From positions 1,344,001 to 1,408,000 of the forward strand of contig OZ257142.1 in assembly GCA_965279035.1 (NCBI GenBank): 64,000 bases of DNA. The letters are read 5' to 3'. A program made the translations under genes and the position numbers. The first letter of the stretch is position 1. The number at the start of each line of letters is the position of its first letter. Positions 11,801 to 19,879 of this stretch are shown here, in pieces. The notes beneath the pieces were generated by a model, which searched no databases, had not been told where the DNA came from, and saw nothing but the letters and a program-made list of their open reading frames with translations. The DNA is from Bacteroidia bacterium. GTDB lineage: Bacteria > Bacteroidota > Bacteroidia > M30B66.

Positions 11801-13608
11801 GTTCGGAATTAGTTCAAGTTATTGGAATTCCTGTTGCAAGTTTTGATATGCCAGAAGAAGCTTGTGCTGGTTCGGAAGTTCATGCAACCTACAATTCAAT
11901 AACAACATTGAATGCCCAATTCCAGTGGATTGCTTCTGGAGTTGATAGTTTGAATTTGAATGATCCTGCAAATCCAATTCTGATTTGGAATTCAGCAGGT
12001 ACAATGAATGTGATTTTGAATGTTGCTGATGCCATGTGTATTTCAGCTCCATTTGCAAAAACAATTACGATTCATCAAGTTCCAACAGCTTCATTTTCAA
12101 TTCCTCAAACACTTTGTAAATCATCCGATTTCGAAATTGATTTTACTGGATCTACCATTCCTGGAGCTACTTATTCTTGGAATTTCGGATCAGCTGAAAT
12201 TGTTTCTGGTTCGAATGCAGGACCTTATATCTTGAATTCAAGTACAGTTGGAGTTGATCATATTACGTTAGAAGTTTCTTCGAATGGTTGTACTTCCACA
12301 TTAGCTGATACTTCAATAATTGTAAGAGATTTACCAACGGTGAATGTTGGAGCAGATACGCAAGTGTGTTCGGGTGATACCATCCAACTTTCAACATTGT
12401 CGCAAGCTAATTATGATTATGCTTGGTTGCCTTCCACAGGTTTGAGTGATGATTCCATTGCGAATCCAACATTAACGCTTTCGACCATTCACAATTACGT
12501 AGAAACATCTATTTATACTGTTCAGGTTTCTGATGGATATTGCTCAAATTCAGATCAAATAGAAATTAGCATTGCACCTAAACCAACCGCGTCGTTTATT
12601 CACCCGGATGGACAATGCTTCGATGGAAATAGTTTTGAATTTGTTCCGGATGGAAGTTTTACCTCTGATGCTACCTTTTTCTGGAATCTTGGATCACATG
12701 CCTATACACATTCACCTAGCGATCCTATTCAACACGCAATTAGTTTCGACACTTCAGGAACGTTCTCTGTTTCACTTTCGGTAAGTCAATACGGATGTGT
12801 TAGTGATTTGTATTTAGATACTATTCAAGTTTTCAAAAGTCCTTCAGCCACGTTTACTGCACATAACATTAAAGGCTGTGTTCCATTAACATCAACGTTC
12901 GAAGCCAATTCAAGTTCAGCTGGCTCAACGCAATACACTTGGAATTTTGGTGATGGAAATTCATCCACTGGTGCTAATCCTGAACATACGTATGAATCTT
13001 CTGGATACATGACAGTTACTGTAACTGCTGTTGATTCGAACGGTTGTACAGCAAGCTTTACAGAGCAAAATTCTGTTCAAGTTTTAGAGCAACCCATTGC
13101 CGGATTTAGAACTTCTCCCGAAGTCGTATTTATTGGTGGGGATGAGTTGGAATTAACGAGTTTATCGGAAAACGCTTTGTATTGTTATTACGTGATTGGG
13201 AATGATACCATTTTAGGGTGTACAAATACCTATAATTTTACCGAAGAAGGTGTATTTCCAATAACACAAGTTGTATTGAATGCCTTGGGTTGTACCGATG
13301 AAATAACGCATACCGTAGTTGTAGAATATGGTACCGAATATTATGTTCCAACAGCATTTTCTCCTAATAACGATGGAACGAATGATGAATTCAAAGTAGT
13401 TGGATCAGAAATCAAGAAATTTTCAATCATCATTTTCGATCGTTGGGGAAATGAAATTTTTACCAGTGATGATATTGATAAAGGATGGAAAGGCTTGACC
13501 AGTGGTAACGAATTAATGCCAGAAGGGGTTTATTCCTATCGATTAGAAATGAAAAGTAAACTCAATAAAGACATTGTCAAGACAGGTGCAGTAACATTAC
13601 TCAGATAA
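5833..13608 (+). CDS. Giant PKD/Ig-repeat surface adhesin with T9SS type-B (gliding-motility-associated) C-terminal domain
   Basis: Signal peptide; about 25 repeats of ~83 aa with Y.WnFG...GPh.v.W...G.k.vsL.v...gC; C-terminal YVPTAFSPNNDGTND...IFDRWG...GVYSY...GAVTLLR. Confidence 0.92.
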   Translation: MMKWRKLILLFLYLAVKTVQAQAPSLTINPTGNLSVCAGTTVNVSATVNNAFAGTTSYAISNITYSPYTVLAGTSLTMPDDTVLGPFPIGFQFCFFGNTYTQFYVGSNGWVGFSPGQTRAFTANSIPNTTTFVPRNCIMGPWMDFNPGIAGGPYIKYQTQGIAPYRRLVVQWTNCPLYQCIASKATFQIVLFESTNVIENYIANKPVCVVWAGGTATQGLHNQAGTTAFAVTGRNASVWTATNDAIRYQPSGPPSYTINWTSNGIPIGTGASASTVVNGPGNTRIIGRVNFQCSNLIVYDTLDVSIGGAASAAFSVPTVVCAGQAANFTYTGGSTGTGAWTFASGTPATASSTGTVSTTWASPGTYNVGLTVTPSSGLCSPGSLTQAVTVVSPPTSTFTLPATICTGANATITYTGTAPAGSTYTWNFGANATPATATGVGPHTVAWSAIGSKTVSLTVAGGTCTSTTTNTISVNSAPTSTFTVAPTTVCVGANSTMTFTGTAAAGASYAWNFGVGATPATANTAGPHTVSWSSSGTKTITLSVTAGGCTSAVTSHTVTVNPVPTATFTMPATVCVGSNASISYTGNGLAPPSASYSWNIGGGGPAPGNVQGPFGVSWASSGTKTVSLTVAQAGCTSSPVSQTINVVALPTVSISASAASTCVGQALSFSTTGAAQPSGTTYSWNFGAGASPTTSTSAGPVSVTWSVISSPTATLTVSSGGCTSSPASASVSIVAPPVSTISAPATGCIGVPVSISAPGPFASGTTFNWNFGTGVVISGSGAGPYIVQWATSGFKPVSLTVTSGACSSSSNVSVDIRSASTASFTVPSTICAGQASTVTFSGSASGTATYLWNFGVGATPATANTAGPHSVTWSSAGSKTISLTLTDGTCTIPVSTQTVTVNPVYTSTFSLPATACTGTSGTINYTGNAPVGASYSWNFGIGATPATASTVGPHSVSWTGAGSKTVSLTVTSAGCSSTTSQNLSVSLTPTASISMASSIGVSSTTPVGLGGAAMAGVTYSWNFGSGASPAMVTGIGPHSVSWSSSGLKTVTLTVSLNGCSSTITQTINVITPSTSSFTAPSSICLGSSATINYTGNASSGALYAWNFDGGTASPGTGVGPHTITWATSGLKTIHLIVTDNGIASSDFTATVNVNPIPTSTFSLPASVCLGSNATITYTGNASSSASYSWNFGTSSSPGTALTSGPHQVNWSSAGSPSVTLSVTENGCSSTPTSSTISVLSPPSIGIAALSAVCENVNASVTLSGSAVSGVTYSWNFGSNASPATATGAGPHSVNWTSSGTKTITLNATQSGCAATPVTSTVLVNSTPSASFTLSNPSCVNEDVIATYTGSAGNSASFNWSYPGASLISGSASGPLQLSWASSGVKQVQLTVTENGCVSTTVSNSTTILDPPSFTISSPQYTGINSSTTITYTGTQPTGASYLWNFAGGTVISGSGAGPYQVQWSSTGTKTIFCTVSLNGCSSVTNSSTTQVVAAAIASFTADSPLCPNEVSTVVFTGFALSSASYTWDFDGGTIISGSGPGPFQISWPSSGTKNISLLVSQLGIDSPLMTNQVIVNPIPTANFTTVDPLCAGNDITFSYTGSASNAANFVWNFGSGVLQDSVQGVSYTVNFSSTGNENVSLVVSENGCVSTPVSLPISIHQVPTANFTASASACEDAPVTLNYTGSASSSAAFSWEYPTGDYISGSSSGPISISYPSNGTQTVSLVVSENGCVSDSFHVAVNIIATPTASFSIVSSGCSADSVLITYTGNASSSATYVWDFESAVGYSGADQGPYSALFPGAGNYPVGLFVMENGCMSAINEQHILLNASPSAAFTIEDTVYVNQTATAVFNGLAPTGTSMTWLYPSANILSGGAGGPIEMNWANAGTYPVSLSVDNAGCSDGPVVHQVVVLNLPASAFTLSEDTLCAGSSITVQYSGIGSSQAQYHWNFDGATIISGSAWGPYEITWPTEGPHTITLNVSVDGLTTPTSSELVQVIGIPVASFDMPEEACAGSEVHATYNSITTLNAQFQWIASGVDSLNLNDPANPILIWNSAGTMNVILNVADAMCISAPFAKTITIHQVPTASFSIPQTLCKSSDFEIDFTGSTIPGATYSWNFGSAEIVSGSNAGPYILNSSTVGVDHITLEVSSNGCTSTLADTSIIVRDLPTVNVGADTQVCSGDTIQLSTLSQANYDYAWLPSTGLSDDSIANPTLTLSTIHNYVETSIYTVQVSDGYCSNSDQIEISIAPKPTASFIHPDGQCFDGNSFEFVPDGSFTSDATFFWNLGSHAYTHSPSDPIQHAISFDTSGTFSVSLSVSQYGCVSDLYLDTIQVFKSPSATFTAHNIKGCVPLTSTFEANSSSAGSTQYTWNFGDGNSSTGANPEHTYESSGYMTVTVTAVDSNGCTASFTEQNSVQVLEQPIAGFRTSPEVVFIGGDELELTSLSENALYCYYVIGNDTILGCTNTYNFTEEGVFPITQVVLNALGCTDEITHTVVVEYGTEYYVPTAFSPNNDGTNDEFKVVGSEIKKFSIIIFDRWGNEIFTSDDIDKGWKGLTSGNELMPEGVYSYRLEMKSKLNKDIVKTGAVTLLR

Positions 13609-13640
13609 AAAAAGAGGCTGCCTAAATAGACAGCCTCTTT
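13607..13640. terminator. Bidirectional terminator between convergent T9SS cargo genes
   Basis: AAAGAGGCTG-N10-CAGCCTCTTT with upstream A run. Confidence 0.8.
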
Positions 13641-13663
13641 CTATTTAAAATGGAAGTTTCTGA

Positions 13664-15103
13664 TTATTGTTTAACAATTTTCAACACTTGACGAGCTCCA
13701 TTTCCTTCAACAGAAAGAAGGTAGATTCCAGTTTTGTAATTGCTAAGGTTCAATACATAGTTGAAGTTGTCACCGTTTGTATTGATAGTTTCGGTTGTTA
13801 AAACACGACCAGTTAAATCCATTACGCGGAAAATAACATTATCAGCCATGTTCATACGAACAGAAACACTCATGTAATCGCTTGCTGGATTAGGATAGGC
13901 TTCAACCATCATCGCATCTTCCATGATATCGCTGCTAGATTCTTCATTTGTGATTTTTGCAACACTTGAAGAACAGTTTTGAAGTCCAAGAACAGCATCT
14001 ACATCAAAGCCATCACCATCTCCAGGGAAGTTACCTACACCAATAAAAGTGATATCTGTAATTTTAATATAGTTCACCACAGCAAGACTTCCGAAATCCA
14101 ATTTACCATCGCGGCAAATTACATTCGTTCCAGCTACTTCGCCATTTCCAGCATCACCTGGTAGAATAACTAAATCATAAAAATCAACTCCATTACAAGA
14201 ACCTTGAATGCGAGCTTTTTCAGGGTAGTTACCGCATGTACGGCTTGCAACATCACCAAAAGATGTTTCGAAAATTTGAACGTCAGCTCCTGGTCCATTA
14301 AATAAGCTGTAAGGGAATGAAAGTGTAACAGAACCACCATTTCCTAATGAAAAGAAATTATTATTTGCTGGAGTTGTTGTTACATCGTTCGCATATACAT
14401 TAAATGGATTTAATGGTAATCCCAACATTTTGTTTTGGTTATCACGTGCAACAGGAATTGGTGCATTGGTTTCTGTTAAACCTTGTGTAGCTTGAGGATT
14501 TCCTAAGAAACCACTTGCAGCATATTTAGATAATCCTGTTTGAGATGGGAAAGAGCAACCAGTTGAATTTCCAGTTACACCATCTACATCATATCCATCC
14601 GCATCAATTGGAAAAAGTGTAATGTCTGATACATCTCTAATTTTTAAGTATTTCGCCCATGGTAAGCATGCAAGATCTAAAGAACCATTGTGACAAAGTG
14701 GATTTGCAGCTGTTGTTAATTCTACCCAATTACATAAATCTTGAGAAGCCCAAACACGTGCTTTTTCAGGATATGTGCTACACGTGTAACCCCAAGTAGT
14801 TTCAAAAACGGTAAGATCATCTCCAGCTCCGTTGCAAATCGGTCCAGACATTTCAACAGTAATTTCACCACCAAATCCTAAAGCATAGAAGTTTTCTGGT
14901 CCTTGAGCGTCGTTGTTCTCAGGTAAACCATACGTTTTTGTCAAATCAGAACGTACTGCTGTAACAGGTGAAACTGCATCGGCAAGTGTTCCTTGTGATG
15001 ACGAGATTACATTGCTAATGTAAACTTGAGCATCTAGCACATTTGTAACTGCTGATATTGCAAGTGCAGCTACCATCATTTTCATTGTAGGCATGTTTTT
15101 CAT
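13664..15103 (-). CDS. T9SS type-A secreted protein with two internally repeated domains
   Basis: Signal peptide (start near MKNMPTMK); two copies of (F/Y)(A/S)LG.GG...G.D..(V/I)FET...YPEKAR...DG(Y/F)DVD; CTD AYPNPA...GIYLL...KIVKQ. Confidence 0.85.
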   Translation of the reverse strand: MKNMPTMKMMVAALAISAVTNVLDAQVYISNVISSSQGTLADAVSPVTAVRSDLTKTYGLPENNDAQGPENFYALGFGGEITVEMSGPICNGAGDDLTVFETTWGYTCSTYPEKARVWASQDLCNWVELTTAANPLCHNGSLDLACLPWAKYLKIRDVSDITLFPIDADGYDVDGVTGNSTGCSFPSQTGLSKYAASGFLGNPQATQGLTETNAPIPVARDNQNKMLGLPLNPFNVYANDVTTTPANNNFFSLGNGGSVTLSFPYSLFNGPGADVQIFETSFGDVASRTCGNYPEKARIQGSCNGVDFYDLVILPGDAGNGEVAGTNVICRDGKLDFGSLAVVNYIKITDITFIGVGNFPGDGDGFDVDAVLGLQNCSSSVAKITNEESSSDIMEDAMMVEAYPNPASDYMSVSVRMNMADNVIFRVMDLTGRVLTTETINTNGDNFNYVLNLSNYKTGIYLLSVEGNGARQVLKIVKQ

Positions 15104-15349
15104 GGGTGTTAGGTTTAGAATTATAACAACAAATGTATATTTCTTACATATCGTCTTATAGTGGGTTTTCATCGTTTAATAACAATTTAATTCACAATTA
15201 GTCCAAAACCGTTGAATACGGGCATTCTGTATAAGGTTAAAAAGTCATTAAGCCTATTATTTATACTTATTATAAATAATTTTCTTACATCAATTGGTTG
15301 AGGTAGAGTAATAAATAGGTAAATGACTATAAAGTATAGGTTGGCCCCC

Positions 15350-15823
15350 CTTTCTCTTTCCCCGGATTGAAATCCGGGGGTGCTGTAGATTGAAGCTATA
15401 TTCGTTTAGGGTTGGGCATTAATGAAGAAAGACGCTTAATAAAACGTCTTTCTGAGGCTCGTTCTCCTATCCCCGGATTGAAATCCGGGGGTGCTGAAGA
15501 GTGAAGCAATATTCGTTTAGGGAAGGGCATTAACGAAAAAAGACGCCGAAAAGGCGTCTTTTACAATTGGAGGTGCTGAGCCTCGTTCCTCTATCCCCGG
15601 ATTGAAATCCGAGGATGCTGTTGGTCTTAGCTACAGTCGTTTAGGGAAGGGCATTAACGAAAAAAGACGCCGAATGGGCGTCTTTTACATTTAGAGGTTC
15701 CGAGCGGATTTATCTCATGACGTGTTTATTTTTTATTGGTATTCGTGAATCCGCTTACAAGCATTAACAAAAAAAGACGCTTAAAAAAGCGTCTTTAATC
15801 TAGAAGAGGTTCCGAGCGGATTT
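15350..15823. repeat. Tandem array of four ~110-125 bp units downstream of tRNA-Cys (REP-like palindrome + terminator + tRNA 3'-end copy)
   Basis: CCCCGGATTGAAATCCG(G/A)GG at 15360, 15471, 15595; GCATTAA..AAAGACGC-loop-(G)CGTCTTT four times; AGAGGTTCCGAGCGGATTT at 15693-15711 and 15805-15823. Confidence 0.88.
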
Positions 15824-15877
15824 GAACCGCTGTACAAAGTTTTGCAGACTTCTGCCTAACCTCTCGGCCACGGAACC
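15807..15877 (-). tRNA. tRNA-Cys(GCA), CCA not encoded
   Basis: Reverse complement GGTTCCGTGGCCGAGAGGTTAGGCAGAAGTCTGCAAAACTTTGTACAGCGGTTCAAATCCGCTCGGAACCT; anticodon GCA, U73 discriminator; -7 element TACTTTTG at 15892-15899. Confidence 0.96.
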
Positions 15878-15958
15878 GTTTTGAAGGGTGACAAAAGTAG
15901 CAAAATCAGACAAGCAGTCAAGAAAATTTTCAGGAATTTAACCTGTTTCGTTGAAATT

Positions 15959-16183
15959 TTACGAAATGCTTCGTTCTGAGTTACTTGGTTCAACAAACTC
16001 TTCCAAACATTTCGGACATAAACAGTCCATATACATCCGCCTGATCTTGGCAAGATTCTCTTTCGAAATCCTTAGTTTATCGCACCAGCAGCCATCTTTC
16101 GTTACACAGGTAAACGTATGACCACATTTGCCACATACCTTCTTCTTACTCAATTTTGACTTTAGGAAATTCCACATACTCAA
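15959..16183 (-). CDS. Cysteine-rich CWC family small protein
   Basis: CGKCGHTFTC...GCWC...DCLCPKCL pattern. Confidence 0.8.
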   Translation of the reverse strand: MSMWNFLKSKLSKKKVCGKCGHTFTCVTKDGCWCDKLRISKENLAKIRRMYMDCLCPKCLEEFVEPSNSERSIS

Positions 16184-16536
16184 GATTCCATCACGATGCT
16201 CACTCCGGCAACTTTGCCTTCTATCGGAGGATTTAACTTCGTTACCTTGATTTTTGTTTTACCTAAGACCGGAAAATTCATCCGCAGACTATCCAAAATG
16301 CGTTTTGCCACATGTTCCAATAGCTTCGAAGGAATCTTCATTTCCTTCTGTATCAAGGCATACAAAGCCACATAATCGAGTGCCTCCGTTAAAGAATCAG
16401 TATTGGCCGCTTTGCTCAAATCGGTCTCTACTTCCAGGTCAATACGAAACCATTGTCCATCCTCGCGCTCCTTGGTATACAGCCCATGGTAGGCAAAGAA
16501 CTCCATGCCCTCGAGGATAATCTTCCCTTTGCTCAC
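16180..16536 (-). CDS. folB: Dihydroneopterin aldolase
   Basis: FFAYHGL..ERE.GQ.F..D, LDY, LLEHVA, KLNPP. Confidence 0.93.
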   Translation of the reverse strand: MSKGKIILEGMEFFAYHGLYTKEREDGQWFRIDLEVETDLSKAANTDSLTEALDYVALYALIQKEMKIPSKLLEHVAKRILDSLRMNFPVLGKTKIKVTKLNPPIEGKVAGVSIVMES

Positions 16537-18074
16537 GCAAACTTAGTTTTAGTATACTCCAAGGCTTTGTTAAAACGTGCTGCCACTTCTTCTTTCCCCA
16601 ATAAGCTACACACTTCAAACATCGATGGTCCTGCCGGTAAACCCGTAATTAAAATCCGAAATCCCTGAAGAACCTGACCGATTCCTACTCCAATCGATTC
16701 CAAATAGGCTTTGGATGTCGCTTCTAAATTAGCTGCTGAATAATCATTCGTTGCTGTTAATGCATCGCGCCAGCCTTCCAAAATCCCTTGTGTTTCGGGC
16801 TTCCATTTCTTGCTCAATGTAGCTTCATCCCAAGTGGTGGGTGCTTCAAAAAAGAAACGCGAATGTTCTAAGAAATCGTTCACGAAATTAGCTCGCTCTT
16901 TTACTAAGCCTACTACCGTAGTCACATACTCAATCGGACGATTAAATCCAGCTGCCACAAGTAAAGGCATAAACTCCACCGCTAATTCGGCATCCGAATG
17001 CTTCAATAAATACTGGTGGTTGAACCATTTCGCTTTTTCAAAATCGAATTTCGCACCTGCCTTGCTCACACGCTCCAAGCTAAACAACTGAACTAGCTCA
17101 TCCAACGAAAACATCTCCTGCGTCGTGCCCGGATTCCATCCCAACATACACAAGAAGTTCAACACTGCTTCGGGATAATATCCTTTTTCGCGGTAACCGC
17201 TCGTCGTATCGCCCGTATGTGGATCTACCCAATTTAATGGTGCCACCGGAAATCCTAAACGATCTCCATCACGCTTACTTAATTTCCCATTCCCATCGGG
17301 CTTCAAAATCAAAGGCAAATGCGCAAACTGTGGCATCACCTCTTCCCAACCTAAATAACGATATAAAAGCACATGGAGTGGGGCAGAAGGCAACCATTCT
17401 TCACCACGAATCACATGCGTAATCTGCATCAAATAATCATCAACCACATTCGCCAAATGGTAGGTAGGCATACCGTCCGACTTAAACAGCACCTTATCGT
17501 CCATGTTCTGGGTTTGAACCACAATCCATCCACGAATAATATCATGAAAACGCACTTCTTCTTGACGTGGAAGCTTCATCCGAATCACATAAGGCTCACC
17601 CGCATCTAGGCGCCGTTTTACCTCATCTTCCGAAAGTGTGACCGAATTCTTCATCGACATACGCGTAACGGCATTGTACTGCGGCGAAGCCACTTTCGCA
17701 GCTGTTAACTTAGCACGCATATCTTCTAATTCCTCAGGCGTATCAAATGCATAATAGGCATGACCGCTCGCTAGCAATTTTTCGGCATACTCTCGGTACA
17801 TTGCCTTGCGCTCACTTTGACGGTATGGCGCATGCGGACCACCATGCAGTGGACTTTCACTTGGGTTAATTCCCAGCCAGTTGAGGGCTTCCATAATATA
17901 CGCTTCGGCACCGGGAACAAAACGGTTTTGATCGGTATCTTCAATACGAAGAATAAAATCGCCCCCTAATTTGTGGGCAAAGAGGTAATTATAAAGAGCC
18001 GTACGAACTCCTCCAATATGCAGGGTTCCGGTAGGACTAGGAGCAAAACGAACACGGACGCGACGGTCGGTCAT
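16533..18074 (-). CDS. gltX: Glutamate--tRNA ligase
   Basis: RVRFAPSPTG.LHIGG, LRIEDTD, HVIRGEEW, KLSKR. Confidence 0.97.
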   Translation of the reverse strand: MTDRRVRVRFAPSPTGTLHIGGVRTALYNYLFAHKLGGDFILRIEDTDQNRFVPGAEAYIMEALNWLGINPSESPLHGGPHAPYRQSERKAMYREYAEKLLASGHAYYAFDTPEELEDMRAKLTAAKVASPQYNAVTRMSMKNSVTLSEDEVKRRLDAGEPYVIRMKLPRQEEVRFHDIIRGWIVVQTQNMDDKVLFKSDGMPTYHLANVVDDYLMQITHVIRGEEWLPSAPLHVLLYRYLGWEEVMPQFAHLPLILKPDGNGKLSKRDGDRLGFPVAPLNWVDPHTGDTTSGYREKGYYPEAVLNFLCMLGWNPGTTQEMFSLDELVQLFSLERVSKAGAKFDFEKAKWFNHQYLLKHSDAELAVEFMPLLVAAGFNRPIEYVTTVVGLVKERANFVNDFLEHSRFFFEAPTTWDEATLSKKWKPETQGILEGWRDALTATNDYSAANLEATSKAYLESIGVGIGQVLQGFRILITGLPAGPSMFEVCSLLGKEEVAARFNKALEYTKTKFA

Positions 18075-18266
18075 GAGATTTGGTATTTAATGGGGCGGCA
18101 AAATTAAACAAATTGGGCTTGTAACCTTCGTATGCCATAGTATTTGCGAAGGCATACATTGTTTAGTACGTGTTCGCCTATACACGGTATTGGGCTCAGC
18201 CCTTAAGCCGGGAAATAGGAAATACCTTAAAAAGTGAAAAAGTTGAAATTCAAATGCAATTGAAAC

Positions 18267-18923
18267 TTAACAGGAAACCTTTACAAAAATTCGTTTAATC
18301 GCACCATTTTGATCAACAGCCTTTACTACAAGGTTTAGTGGTGTGCCATTTTTCTTGTAAAAAACTCTCGAATGTATTTGCTTTATAAATCCAACTTCCT
18401 GATTGCCTTTAAAAACCCTCACAGCTTGATGGTCGAATTCATTATCAGGTTCAAGTTTATACTTTAATACATCACCTTTATTTACACTGTTTGCAGGCAA
18501 ATGAAGTGAAGTCAAATTTGCTAAGTCCGTAAGAAAACGTAAATCTTTTCGTGGATTAAAATCCGCCAAAAACTCAAAATTATCAGTTGGATTTAAACCT
18601 TGTGTATGTGCTAAAAGATAAAACTTATCTTCCTTAAAAGCGGTATCTATTTCCCAGAAATCATAAAAATCAGAAATGTCTGAACGTTCAGATTTCATAA
18701 TTCTTTGTCCAAAAACTTCAAGGACATTACTCGTATATTCTTTGGAGATATCTGGAAACTCTGTGTATGGAGAAAAGCCAGCCGCTTCAGCGGCTTCAAC
18801 ACCTTTAGGGATATACGAAAAGCGAACACCTTGTATTGCGTTTTTTCTTAAAACACCTACAATATGCCTTCTTTTGCCAAGACCTTCTCTCCAACTAAGG
18901 TATATGTTACCTATCTCCTTCAT
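18267..18923 (-). CDS. HipS-like/HIRAN domain protein (putative antitoxin)
   Basis: N-terminal IYLSW...IVGVL...VRFSY (HipA N-terminal-like); C-terminal LEPDNEFDHQAVRV...VGFI HIRAN motif; 4-bp overlap with the kinase stop. Confidence 0.78.
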   Translation of the reverse strand: MKEIGNIYLSWREGLGKRRHIVGVLRKNAIQGVRFSYIPKGVEAAEAAGFSPYTEFPDISKEYTSNVLEVFGQRIMKSERSDISDFYDFWEIDTAFKEDKFYLLAHTQGLNPTDNFEFLADFNPRKDLRFLTDLANLTSLHLPANSVNKGDVLKYKLEPDNEFDHQAVRVFKGNQEVGFIKQIHSRVFYKKNGTPLNLVVKAVDQNGAIKRIFVKVSC

Positions 18924-19879
18924 GAGTATTGATCGTATATTTCCTTCAGCTTTTTGAACCGCAAATCTAGTAATTCCAAAACCAATTGCTTTCTCTCTTT
19001 TGGAAGGATGTTATTATCTCCAATTTCTTGAAGCTTTACATCAACGTTTATTAAACGTTTTTCTATTTCAGATTTATCAAATTTTTCAGTGACCCTATTC
19101 AAACAACTTAAAACAAAATCTTTTATCCCTTCCAATTGAAGCAAGTTAGTGATTAACTCAAAGTGAGTTACTTTATTATTTTCCCAGTGAATCTCTGATA
19201 ATCCTTTAGAAACGTATTTCTTTATTTCATCTTTATTGGAAAGAAAAATTGTAACGCGTTCATCTCTTAATTCTCGACCAAAACTACAGCCGCTATCATA
19301 GATTGGTGCAAATCGTGTAACCTTTGGAAGCATTAATCTTGACCTCTCTATTTCAGGTCGAATCTTGCCTTTAACAGTATAAATCGATTTTAGAAATTTT
19401 TTTATCCATTTTGGGTAATTTTCAATCTCTTTATTTTCAATAGCTTTTGTAACTATACTAACAGAGTCCGAAATAACTGAATGTGTATTAATTATAGCCC
19501 AGTTTTCCTGATGTCTATCACTGTTACCAATTAATGCATCAAATACAATTGTTTCGATTAAATCTTTTAAGTGTTTTTCCTTTTTAAAGGAAATAAGTGC
19601 ATTTAAAATTAAATCGAAATTATATTGATTGCGAAGTTTAGTATTTTCAGGATTAAAAGTCGAATCATAGGCTTGTAAATATTTTCCTCCCTCAATTAAT
19701 TCTTCAGAAGCTTGATCTATCATGGACTTGGAAATACATCCAACAACTTCACCTCTTATCGCAATATGGTAAGGTAGGATATCAAAGCCTAATTGCATCC
19801 CAACTTCTGATGCAATTATTTCTGACCAAAATTCGTATTTATAATCCCTTTCACCTGATTTAAACGATTGTTTGAAGAA

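Noticed and set aside
7101-13010. Many antisense and alternate-frame ORFs inside the adhesin
   Set aside because: Shadow ORFs from repetitive Thr/Ser/Ala codons; the same applies to short ORFs overlapping other core genes.
15360-15614. CRISPR array (repeats contain ATTGAAA)
   Set aside because: Only three copies, a 111-124 bp period, 'spacers' homologous to each other, and no cas genes.
15693-15823. attL/attR of an intact integrated prophage or ICE at tRNA-Cys
   Set aside because: The direct repeats are only 112 bp apart and enclose no genes; no integrase in the window.
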